Source of the DNA: an uncultured Gemmatimonadota bacterium
GTDB lineage: Bacteria; Blakebacterota; Blakebacteria; Blakebacterales; Blakebacteraceae
Reading direction: 5' to 3'
NCBI GenBank assembly: GCA_964576115.1
Contig: CAZNUA010000030.1
Span: 1-45,029 of the forward strand
DNA: 45,029 nt
Part shown: piece after piece, positions 7,665 through 16,510 of the stretch
Layout of the letters: each line of letters begins with the position of its first letter
Numbering within the stretch: position 1 is the stretch's first letter
Program-made: the position numbers and the translations under genes
The notes under the pieces: model-generated
What the model saw: only the letters and a program-made list of their open reading frames with translations
Told to the model about the DNA's origin: nothing
Databases searched by the model: none

Positions 7665-9854
7665 TTACTTCGTTGTCATGGTCCAGACCCCGTCCCACTC
7701 CTCACCCGGCGGCTGCTCTTTCAAGGTGCGGCAACGGTCGCTGAACACCGCTGCGGCCGGATCGTCGGTGAGCCGGGCGAAGATTTCAAGAGCCTGGTCC
7801 CACGCCTGGGCCCGGTAATACTGTAGGCCGTCGGCGAAGGCATCGGCAAGGCGGTGAGCCTCGGGGGTGTCGTGGTCCGATCCGGTCCGGCCCAGCACCT
7901 CGTAGATCACCACCGGTTTTTCTTTGCCTTTGACCCTCACGCTGTCGAGTTCACGCACCAGAAAAGCGTCGCCCACAGCGTCGAGGGTCGCTTCGGAAAT
8001 CAACAGGCTGACCCCGTACTGCCGGGTCAGGGCTTCGAGCCGGGCGGCCAGGTTGACGTTGTCGCCCAGCACGGTGTAGTCGAACCGCATATCGCTGCCC
8101 ATGTTGCCCACCACCACCGGACCGGTGTTCAGGCCCAGCTTCAGGTCGAACGTCCCGGGCAGGAAATCCCCCCATTCCTCGCGCACCCGCTCGAGTTCCT
8201 CGCGCATGCCCAGGGCTGCCCCCACCCCCCGTTCGGCGTGATCGTCGAAGGCCAGCGGAGCGCCGAAAATGGCCATGACCGCATCCCCGATGTACTTGTC
8301 GACCGTACCCTGATACTCGAAGATCCGCCGGGTCATGGAGGTCAGGAACTTGTTCAGGAAAGCGGTCAGCTCCTCGGGATCGAGCTTTTCGGAAAAGGAG
8401 GTGAAGCCCTGGATGTCGGCGAAGAGAATGGTCAGCTCGCGCCGCTCCCCGCCGAGCCGGAGTTTGTCGGGATCGTCGAGCATCTCGTCCACCACCGCCG
8501 GCGAGACGTACTGCTGGAAGGCCCCCTTGATGACCCGCTTCTGCTTCTCTTCGGTCATATAGCGGTAGACCATGGCGCTGGTGTAGCCCACCACCAGGCC
8601 GAAGGCGGGCCGGAAGAGTTCGGACCAGTACGAGACGCGCAGATAGATATAGAAGGCGGCGATGAAGAAAAGGACGAAGAGCACGGCGGTCAGGATCGCT
8701 CCCAGTGAAATGCGGAAGCGGAAGGCGAAAAACGCCACCAGGGCCCCGAGCAGGACGGTCAGCAGGATGCCCAGCCATTCGGGCATCCGTCCCACCTGAT
8801 CGCCCATGAAGAGGTTGGCCAGCAGGGTGGTGTGGATTTTCACCCCGGCGAGGGCGGGATCGACCGGTGTGGGTTTGATGTCCCCCAGGGCCGCCGCGGT
8901 CGGTCCCACGATGCAGATCTTGCCCTGGAAGTACTCGGCGGGCAGTCGCTGGGCGAAGACATCGGAATACGAGATTTCCCGGTAAGGCGGGTAGTCGTTG
9001 GGATACCAGTGGAGCAGAAACCGCCCCAGGTTATCGACCGGTATGGCGTAATCGCCCACATGCAGAGCCACCCCCGGCTCGAAACGCACCTCGTCGAAGT
9101 TGATCCCCATCAGGTCGAGGAAGAGGTGGAAAGAGGCGGTGGGGAGCACGTAGCCGTGATTGCGCCACAGCAGCGGCTGGCGCCGTACGATCCCGTCCTC
9201 GTCGGGAAAGGCGTTCACCAGCCCCAGCCCCAGACTGGAGCGGATGAGCCGCTCGCCCGGTCCTTCGAGGATCTGCCGCCGCAGACCGCTCATGTCGGGC
9301 AGAGCCTCGGCGCCGGCGATGTTCTCGACCGGCACGATCGAGCGGGGAGCGTTGCGGATGAAGACATCCTCATCCACCGTGGACATGAAGACATAACTCG
9401 AGGAATCGATCAGGCTCAGGGCGGTGTAGACCACCCCGGCCTGTCCGAATCCCCGGGCGACCTCGAGGTCCATGGCCGGATCGATGTCCTCCTGGAAAAA
9501 GACGATATCGAAAAAGATCGCCGCCGCCCCGGCCTCGGCCAGATAATCGGCCAGGTAGGAGTGCACGCTGCGCGGCCACTGCTCGAAACGTCCCATCTCC
9601 TCGAGCGAACGGTCGTCGATCCGGATCAGGACAATCCCGGTTTCCTCGCCCTCATACGGGTCGGTCTGCGCCGCGGCCAGCCAGACCCGGGAGTCGAAAA
9701 GGGAGTACTCGATCTTCTGAAACGACCCGGGCGCGATGATATAGGTGAAGAGCGCCACCAGCAGCGCCGCTCCGCCGCCGACCCCCAGAGCCTTGAGGAT
9801 CGTCCAGCGGGCCGCCGTGCCGCCCGTTCGTTCGTTGTCGTTCCCGTTTGCCAT
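7665..9854 (-). CDS. CHASE2-domain class III adenylate cyclase
   Basis: CHASE2 (IDDRSL..G..QWPR, AIFFDIVF, DEDGIVRR, GVKIH), 3 TM helices, cyclase motifs FADIQGFT, DKYIGD, DYTVLGDNVNLAARLE, and C-terminal TPR-like tail WDGVWTMTTK. Confidence 0.95.
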   Translation of the reverse strand: MANGNDNERTGGTAARWTILKALGVGGGAALLVALFTYIIAPGSFQKIEYSLFDSRVWLAAAQTDPYEGEETGIVLIRIDDRSLEEMGRFEQWPRSVHSYLADYLAEAGAAAIFFDIVFFQEDIDPAMDLEVARGFGQAGVVYTALSLIDSSSYVFMSTVDEDVFIRNAPRSIVPVENIAGAEALPDMSGLRRQILEGPGERLIRSSLGLGLVNAFPDEDGIVRRQPLLWRNHGYVLPTASFHLFLDLMGINFDEVRFEPGVALHVGDYAIPVDNLGRFLLHWYPNDYPPYREISYSDVFAQRLPAEYFQGKICIVGPTAAALGDIKPTPVDPALAGVKIHTTLLANLFMGDQVGRMPEWLGILLTVLLGALVAFFAFRFRISLGAILTAVLFVLFFIAAFYIYLRVSYWSELFRPAFGLVVGYTSAMVYRYMTEEKQKRVIKGAFQQYVSPAVVDEMLDDPDKLRLGGERRELTILFADIQGFTSFSEKLDPEELTAFLNKFLTSMTRRIFEYQGTVDKYIGDAVMAIFGAPLAFDDHAERGVGAALGMREELERVREEWGDFLPGTFDLKLGLNTGPVVVGNMGSDMRFDYTVLGDNVNLAARLEALTRQYGVSLLISEATLDAVGDAFLVRELDSVRVKGKEKPVVIYEVLGRTGSDHDTPEAHRLADAFADGLQYYRAQAWDQALEIFARLTDDPAAAVFSDRCRTLKEQPPGEEWDGVWTMTTK

Positions 9855-9911
9855 CGCTGTTCCGATCGTGTCTCCTGCTGTCGCTGCCCTTCTTCGGATC
9901 CCTGCGGTCCG

Positions 9912-12900
9912 TTACCGTACCAGGGTCATCTTGCGGATGCGCACTTCGGTACCGGCCTGCAATCGGGCCAGGTAGATACCGCTGGCCACCGCCCGGCCAT
10001 GACGATCGGTGCCGTTCCAGCTCAGGGTGTGGGTACCGGCTTCGAAGCTCCGGTCGGCGATGACCGTCACAAGCTGGCCGCGCACGTTCCTGATCTCGAG
10101 CCGTACCTCTCCGGCTTCGCGCAGGGCGAAGCGGAGGGTGGTGACGGGATTGAATGGATTGGGGTAGTTCGGGTGCAGCTCGACCCGCGCGGGGAGCCGT
10201 TCCAGCCCCGCCGTCATGCCCGCGAGCCAACCCGGTGTTCCGACCAGCAGGCGCAGCTCGCGCCGCACCACCTGGCCGAGCGAAACCGCGGCGTTCCGCA
10301 CCGGGTAGAACCGGTAGGGAGCACGCCCTTCACAATCGATGCGCAGACCGGCGGCAGGATCCACGAGCACGGCCTCATAACCGTCAGGCAGGGCCTCGAT
10401 CCCGCTCACCGTCAGGCTCGCTCGCCGCTGACCCGAAATCGATTCGACCATCAGCGGCCAGGTATAGCCTTCGCCCACTCCGGGCACGTAATCGGTGGCA
10501 TAGGTCCCCGGATCGCTCGAGCGTTCGAGCCGGTTCACCGCCAGCCGGGCGGTACCGTCGATCGACATCGGCGGGTCGGGATAGTCCCCGGGATCCCACT
10601 CGATCTCCGATCCGGCCCGCACGCCGATATAGTTCTGATCGTCGACCGCAGCCGAGCCCTCCTGCGAGAGTAACAGCTGCAGGCGCCAGCCGTCGAAGAC
10701 CTCATCGGCGCCCCGGGACGCTTCACCCGCAAGAGCGGCACTGGCATCCACCGGCGGTATCTGGAGCGTCAGGCTACCCGAGGTACGGTTGTAGACCGAC
10801 ACCCCCCGCCAGACCGGCACGTCCTGTCCGACCGCCGGCAACCCCCAATCGCTGCCGTTGTAGGTGTAGACCCCCGCGACCTGCGTGCCGGTCAGGCCTG
10901 AAGCGGTCAGAATCTCTCCCCAGTCCACATCGAAGAGCCAGGGGGAACCGATGTCGTTCCAGCCCGGATTCAGGGTGATCTGGAAGGGATTGCCGGTATC
11001 GATCGTTTCACCCGTACCGATTTCGAAATGCACCCCGCTGCTGCGGTGGTGCAGCCAGTATGCCCGGCCGGTTTCCAGGTTGGCCCCGCTGACCTCCTGG
11101 TAGCCGCCGTTGTTCCAGCGGAAGAAGCGCCAGACCGTATCGTCGTACTCACCCACCCCGGTCAGAATGTCCTGGATGTAGCTGTTGTCGGGGTAGTGCG
11201 GCACCGAGACCATGAGCCAGCCCTCGGGGGGGATGTTGCCCGAGGCGGGCAGGCCGGTGAAGCCCATCTGCACCCCGCCCGACACCCCCTCGCCGACGGT
11301 CCCGTCGGAGGTGGCCCGGTTCTCGTTCCCGGCCATATCGCGGGCGACGACCAGGTACTGGAAGCCGTCGTAGCCCGCCGCCCAGGCGGGAACGTCGCCG
11401 CTGTAGCCGTCCCCGCCGGTGGAGCTCATGGTCATATGGTTCCAGTCGGTGGTGCCGGTGGGACGGTAGAGAAGCCGAACCCACTCCAGCTGCATGTTGT
11501 CTGTCGCGGTGGCGTCCACGGTCGCGGTGGTGTTGTACAGGGGACTTCCCAGAGGATCGACCGTGAGGCCGGGAGTGGTCGTGTCGACCTTGAAGGCCCA
11601 GGTGTTTGACCAGTCGGAGGTGAAGAAGCCGTCCGAGGCCTGAACCCGCCAGAAGTACTCTCCATCGGCCTCATAAGGGCTCGCCATTCCCAGGTCGAGC
11701 TGGGCCGTGGTCCCGTACTCGGTCCAGCTGTTCACGATATCGGTTGGATCGAAGTTCGCGGTAACCGCGACCTCGATGTCGTACTCGGTGGCGTCGGCGA
11801 CCGACTGCCACGCGAAATCGACCGTGCTTGTATTCAGCCAGCTGTTATCGGCAGGACCGGAGAGCACCGGGGTCGAGAGGGTGGTCAGGGAATACATGAC
11901 CGAGTACGTGGAAAAGCCCGTCAGGGAAGCCAGGATCTCATCGTCGGCGGCATTCACGGTGGCGCTGATCTGCTCCCACTGGAAATTCGAATCGTTGTAA
12001 CGCCAGAGAGTCAGGTTGTCTTCGGGGTAGCTGCCGGGCAGGCCGGCCGGATCGTAATGCACGTTGAACTCGACCGGAGCGTTGAAATCGCCGGCCGCCA
12101 GCGGCGTGGCCGACCAGAAGAGCTGCCCGAAGAGATCGTAGGCCACGAAATGTTCGTACCCCGAAGGCGGGGCCGGCACCTGGGTGTTGATGTCGAGCGA
12201 GAAAATTTCCAGCTCCACGGCTTCGTCGAAGGTGAAGGGATCGATATAGAGCCAGGTGCCGTTATCGACCAGGGCGTAGACAAACTGTTCGACGGTCTCG
12301 TCGATCAGGGTCGGACCGCCCCATACGTGGATCGGGCCGGCCCGGCCCCACCGGCCGCCGTCGTCGTAGACGTAGAGCCAGGTCGTCCCGGCCGCCAGGG
12401 CGGAGAGCTGCCCGGTAGCATTCACCGTGGCGATCTCGCGGTCGTCGACGGGGTGATGATCGACCCAGTAGTAGTACGAGCCCACCCCGCCCGAGGGGGT
12501 GTACTGGAGCTGATCTCCGACCGGCAGGTACTCCTCACCTGCGGGGGAGAGACCGAGGAAGAGATCGGCGGGGGTTTCGTAGATCGAGAGCAGGTAGGTG
12601 TCGCTGGCCGCGAACCAGTCCGTGCCCGGGGTCACCTGCCGGGTGAAGCCGGCGCTGGCCACCCCGGTTTCTTCGTAGACCGCGGTCGGATCGTCCCAGT
12701 TCAGGATCCGGACGCCCCAGTACCCGTCGGCCAGCATGGCGTTGGTCTCGAAAGGCGTGAGCATCATGTAGTCGCCGCCGGCGACGGCCCAGCTGCCCAG
12801 CCAGGTGTACGAACCGGTGGAGATGTCGTAGGCATCGATCTGAGCGTTGGTGTCGGTCACCCAGAGGTTGCCGTCGTCGTCGGCCGCCACCCGGTTGGAC

Positions 12901-14750
12901 TGGCTGAACGCGGGGGGAACCGTGAAGGCCAGTGAGGGCGAACCGGGGGTGAAGATATCCCAGACATCGACCCCATCTTCGTCGTTGGCCACCGCCAGCT
13001 GGTCCCAGTCCTCGACGTAGGTCAGGTCGGTGGACCCGACCGTGCCCGCCCCTGAATAGGCAATGGTATTCACGAGCCAGGCCGAAGCGGGATCGGAGAC
13101 GTTGATGATCATGAGCCCGCCCAGACCGGCCGTGGCGTAGAGGTACTCGTATTCCCCCGGACCGGCGGTTTTCAGTTCCAGGTGTTCGACCAGGCGGTCT
13201 GTCGGCGGAGCGATGGAACCGTAGTCGGTGAAGGAGTTGCCGGACTCGTCATAGGTCAGCACCGTGACCCCTGCGGTGCTCTCGGCGACATAGATCCAGG
13301 GCCAGTCGACAGACAGGTCCTTGACCCAGCCGTCACTCACGTACCTGTTGATCACAAGCGGAGCCGAGGGGGCGCTGACATCGAGCACGGTGAGACCGGT
13401 ATGGCCATTGGCCACGAAGAGCAGGTCGCCCCGCCGGTGGGTCATGTAGACCCGTCCCGATTCTCCCGCGCGGGCCAGTTCGGTCAGAGGCGTACCGGCA
13501 TCCAGCAGGGAGAACTGCGAGGTCCCGCCTAAGAGCTCGGCGACCAGCAGGCTGCGGCCGGTGGGTGCCACCGCCAGACCGTTGGGGGTGAACTTGCCGG
13601 TCGTCGAGCCGACGAAGCTCGGCGTCGTGCCGCTGGTGATATTGGTGATGTCGATCGCGACCGGATTGAGACCGCCGAAGGCTACATAAGCCTGGTTTTC
13701 GAACAGCTCGACATCCCAGACACCGCTGCTGTTCCCCGTCAGGTGTACCTCCTGCGGAGCTCCGCCCAGGGTGTGGGTACTCGCATTCCAAGTGTAGAAA
13801 TCCACCGTGAGTTCGTACCCGGCCGTGCCCGGATCAGTCATCAGGCCGCCGAAGCAGAGGATGTCGGCCGAGTGAAAGGCGCCCCCGGGCAGGAAATCGA
13901 CCTGGACGTAGTTGCGGTCGCCGGGGTTGTAGTCGTCATACCACAGGGGATTGGAGGGCGTGGTGACATTCAGGACCTCGAACCCGAGAGCCGCCACGGT
14001 GATGAAGGCATAGCCGTTCGATACGGCGACATCGACACTGCGGCTGCCCCCCAGATAGGTATTCAGCGGGGAGGGGGAAGAGGGAGTGCTGACATCGACG
14101 ATCTCGATCCCGAGCGTACTCCGGGCCAGGTAGATGACGTTGTTCTCGGCCGCAATGTTCAGGATCCGGCCGGAGACCGCCGGTTCGTATTCCCCGAGCA
14201 GGCTGGGAGAACCGGGATTGGAGATGTCGAAGATGAAGACCCGGGTTTCGTGCCAGTCCACGACATAGAGGCGGGTGCCCTCCACCTCCAGCCGGTAGGT
14301 CCCCAGGTCGGTATACCAGGTGTAGTAGGGCAGGGGACTGCCGGTGCTCAGGTTATAAAACACGAGCCCCGGTTCGACGGCGGCCACGGCATAGTCGGTG
14401 CCGCCGCTGGTGAAGGTGGCGATATCGTAGTACCCGGTCCAGAGAGTGAAGGAGAGGGAGGTCGGGAAGGAGGAGGCGGAAGATCGCGAGAAACCGGCGG
14501 GATCGGACCGACCAGCCGGAACGGGCAGATCGAAATCGCGCTTGAAATCGGGCAGATCGGCGTCGGGGATCCGGGTCAGATCGCCGATTCCGGAAAGAGG
14601 TGGAACAGACCCGATCCTGACTGCCCGGGTTGCGGCCCGGATCGGGTCGGCGGCCTGGGCCAGGGTCGGAGCCGACTGGATCAAGAGGATGGTCGCCACG
14701 GCGGCGCTGACCGTGAGCGCACACCCGCCTGCCCGCATCGTTCTGCTCAT
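9912..14750 (-). CDS. 1612-aa secreted multidomain protein: LVIVD-type beta-propeller repeats, Big_2, ZU5-like, FN3/Ig domains, FlgD-Ig/T9SS-like CTD
   Basis: Signal peptide; repeats such as IFDISNPGSP, IVDVSTPSSP, VLDVSAPSAP, IINVSDPASA; IATVNATGQLSALAAGTT; EYFWRVQA; C-terminal NYPNPFNP...VASGIYLARL...RKMTLVR. Confidence 0.85.
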   Translation of the reverse strand: MSRTMRAGGCALTVSAAVATILLIQSAPTLAQAADPIRAATRAVRIGSVPPLSGIGDLTRIPDADLPDFKRDFDLPVPAGRSDPAGFSRSSASSFPTSLSFTLWTGYYDIATFTSGGTDYAVAAVEPGLVFYNLSTGSPLPYYTWYTDLGTYRLEVEGTRLYVVDWHETRVFIFDISNPGSPSLLGEYEPAVSGRILNIAAENNVIYLARSTLGIEIVDVSTPSSPSPLNTYLGGSRSVDVAVSNGYAFITVAALGFEVLNVTTPSNPLWYDDYNPGDRNYVQVDFLPGGAFHSADILCFGGLMTDPGTAGYELTVDFYTWNASTHTLGGAPQEVHLTGNSSGVWDVELFENQAYVAFGGLNPVAIDITNITSGTTPSFVGSTTGKFTPNGLAVAPTGRSLLVAELLGGTSQFSLLDAGTPLTELARAGESGRVYMTHRRGDLLFVANGHTGLTVLDVSAPSAPLVINRYVSDGWVKDLSVDWPWIYVAESTAGVTVLTYDESGNSFTDYGSIAPPTDRLVEHLELKTAGPGEYEYLYATAGLGGLMIINVSDPASAWLVNTIAYSGAGTVGSTDLTYVEDWDQLAVANDEDGVDVWDIFTPGSPSLAFTVPPAFSQSNRVAADDDGNLWVTDTNAQIDAYDISTGSYTWLGSWAVAGGDYMMLTPFETNAMLADGYWGVRILNWDDPTAVYEETGVASAGFTRQVTPGTDWFAASDTYLLSIYETPADLFLGLSPAGEEYLPVGDQLQYTPSGGVGSYYYWVDHHPVDDREIATVNATGQLSALAAGTTWLYVYDDGGRWGRAGPIHVWGGPTLIDETVEQFVYALVDNGTWLYIDPFTFDEAVELEIFSLDINTQVPAPPSGYEHFVAYDLFGQLFWSATPLAAGDFNAPVEFNVHYDPAGLPGSYPEDNLTLWRYNDSNFQWEQISATVNAADDEILASLTGFSTYSVMYSLTTLSTPVLSGPADNSWLNTSTVDFAWQSVADATEYDIEVAVTANFDPTDIVNSWTEYGTTAQLDLGMASPYEADGEYFWRVQASDGFFTSDWSNTWAFKVDTTTPGLTVDPLGSPLYNTTATVDATATDNMQLEWVRLLYRPTGTTDWNHMTMSSTGGDGYSGDVPAWAAGYDGFQYLVVARDMAGNENRATSDGTVGEGVSGGVQMGFTGLPASGNIPPEGWLMVSVPHYPDNSYIQDILTGVGEYDDTVWRFFRWNNGGYQEVSGANLETGRAYWLHHRSSGVHFEIGTGETIDTGNPFQITLNPGWNDIGSPWLFDVDWGEILTASGLTGTQVAGVYTYNGSDWGLPAVGQDVPVWRGVSVYNRTSGSLTLQIPPVDASAALAGEASRGADEVFDGWRLQLLLSQEGSAAVDDQNYIGVRAGSEIEWDPGDYPDPPMSIDGTARLAVNRLERSSDPGTYATDYVPGVGEGYTWPLMVESISGQRRASLTVSGIEALPDGYEAVLVDPAAGLRIDCEGRAPYRFYPVRNAAVSLGQVVRRELRLLVGTPGWLAGMTAGLERLPARVELHPNYPNPFNPVTTLRFALREAGEVRLEIRNVRGQLVTVIADRSFEAGTHTLSWNGTDRHGRAVASGIYLARLQAGTEVRIRKMTLVR

Positions 14751-14818
14751 GCGATTCCCGTCCGTGGTGAATGTGAGATGCCCTTCCGCGGGTGTGCACG
14801 ACCCGCAGAACCCAGATG

Positions 14819-16504
14819 CTAAGGGGTGCCGGAGAGCGGCGTCAACCGGATGAGGGGAACGACCATTTCAGCCAGGGAAACACCGCCATGCTGGAAAGAA
14901 CCGGCCCAACGCCGTTTGTGATCGCCCCGATCGCCGGCGAAGATCAGGAAAGCGTCCTCGCGGGCCAGCAGGCAGGTGTCGGTGAGCCGGCCGGGGGGCA
15001 GACGCCAGGCCGCCGGATCGTCGATGCGGTGTGTCCAGCGGGGATCGGCGTTCAGGTTCCGCCCGATCTTGTACCGCACCCCGCTGGTGGCGGTGCGATC
15101 GGCCCTGACCTCGACCGGGCGGGCCACTCTCGTACTGCCGTGATCGGTCGCAATCACGACCGGCGTGCCCTGCTCGAGCAGATGCCCGATCAGGCGGGGA
15201 AAGGGAGAGTGCCGGAACCACTCCCGGGACAGAGCCCGGAACGCGCCTTCGTCGGGCGCAAGTTCCTGAACCACCGTCGATTCGGCATGGTCGTGCACCA
15301 GCAGATCAAGAAAACTGACCACGATCACCGCCAGCCCCTCGGGAGCTCCCGCGTCGAGCCGGCGCACCACCGCGTCGGACTCGCGGGGTGAACGAACCCG
15401 CTCAAACAGCGCCAGGGAACTTCCTTTCCGGCTCCCTGAACCGGTCTGTTCGAGTGCTTCGGCGAGCAGCTGCGGTTCATAACGGTTGGGACTTTTCGTC
15501 TCTGCTGCATCCTCGCCGGTCAGCCCGGGGAATGAGGCGGCGATTTCATCGGGATAGCGCCCCGAGAACAGGGCGTTACGCGAATAGGGTGAGGCCGAGG
15601 GAAGCAGCGAGAAGAGCGAGCTGCGTTCCAGGTGCGCCCGGGAGGCCAGGAGAGGTTCTATGGCCAGCCACTGATCGTAGCGCAGGCAATCGAGAACGAG
15701 CAGAACGGCTCGTCCGGCATGGGCCAGGGTCGGCCGGAGCACCGCCCCGGGTAGATCGACGGTCAGACCGGGCCGGTCGCCGCGGCCGGCCGGCTGGACG
15801 GGCAGGGCCGGCAGGCTGCCCGCGCCGGCGGCGGTACCGGCGCTTGCCGCCCCAAGGGCTCGCAGGCGCTCTATCCACGACCCCGCTTCAGCGACCCAGT
15901 CCGGATAGGCTTCGAGCACCTGCCGGGCGAAGACCGAGTCGGCCTCGCGCTGAAGCGAAGCGAGCGATTCCGCCAGTCCCTCCTGGCCGGTTTCATCGAG
16001 CCGGAGGCTCCACCAGGCCAGGGCTTCAGCCAGATCTCCCCATTCGGCCGGAGTCAGGGGGGCTCCGGAGAGACGGTTCGTAATCCGGGTGAACTCCCCG
16101 GTGTAATCGCGTGCCAGGGTCTCATCCCTGATCCGCTCGCGTTCGAGCAGGCGCTTGCAGACCGAGAGAACCTGACTCGGATTGACCGGCTTGGTCAGAA
16201 AATCGGCGATCGAGCGGCCGATCGCCTCCTCCATGAGGCCTTCGTCCTCCTGTTTGGTGATCATGACCACCGGCAGGTCGGGCCGGATACCTTCCAGCCG
16301 CTCGAGCACGGTCAGACCGTCGACCCCCGGCATGCGTTCGTCGAGCAGGAGCAGATCGAAGGATTCGACCGTACAGAGGGCAAGCGCATCCTCGCCGCTG
16401 GAGGCCCGTACGACCGTGTACCCCCGCTCTTCGAGGTACAGAATGTGCGGGGTGAGCAATTCGATCTCGTCGTCGACCCAGAGAATGCGGTAGCGGCCCG
16501 CCAC
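14819..16504 (-). CDS. porX: PorX-like response regulator (REC + PglZ/alkaline-phosphatase-fold domain)
   Basis: REC ILWVDDE/LLDERMPG/MITK/LTKP; PglZ DCLRYDQW, YSRNALFSG, FLDLLVH, ATDHG, FQHGGVS. Confidence 0.85.
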   Translation of the reverse strand: MAGRYRILWVDDEIELLTPHILYLEERGYTVVRASSGEDALALCTVESFDLLLLDERMPGVDGLTVLERLEGIRPDLPVVMITKQEDEGLMEEAIGRSIADFLTKPVNPSQVLSVCKRLLERERIRDETLARDYTGEFTRITNRLSGAPLTPAEWGDLAEALAWWSLRLDETGQEGLAESLASLQREADSVFARQVLEAYPDWVAEAGSWIERLRALGAASAGTAAGAGSLPALPVQPAGRGDRPGLTVDLPGAVLRPTLAHAGRAVLLVLDCLRYDQWLAIEPLLASRAHLERSSLFSLLPSASPYSRNALFSGRYPDEIAASFPGLTGEDAAETKSPNRYEPQLLAEALEQTGSGSRKGSSLALFERVRSPRESDAVVRRLDAGAPEGLAVIVVSFLDLLVHDHAESTVVQELAPDEGAFRALSREWFRHSPFPRLIGHLLEQGTPVVIATDHGSTRVARPVEVRADRTATSGVRYKIGRNLNADPRWTHRIDDPAAWRLPPGRLTDTCLLAREDAFLIFAGDRGDHKRRWAGSFQHGGVSLAEMVVPLIRLTPLSGTP

Positions 16505-16510
16505 GGTGCC

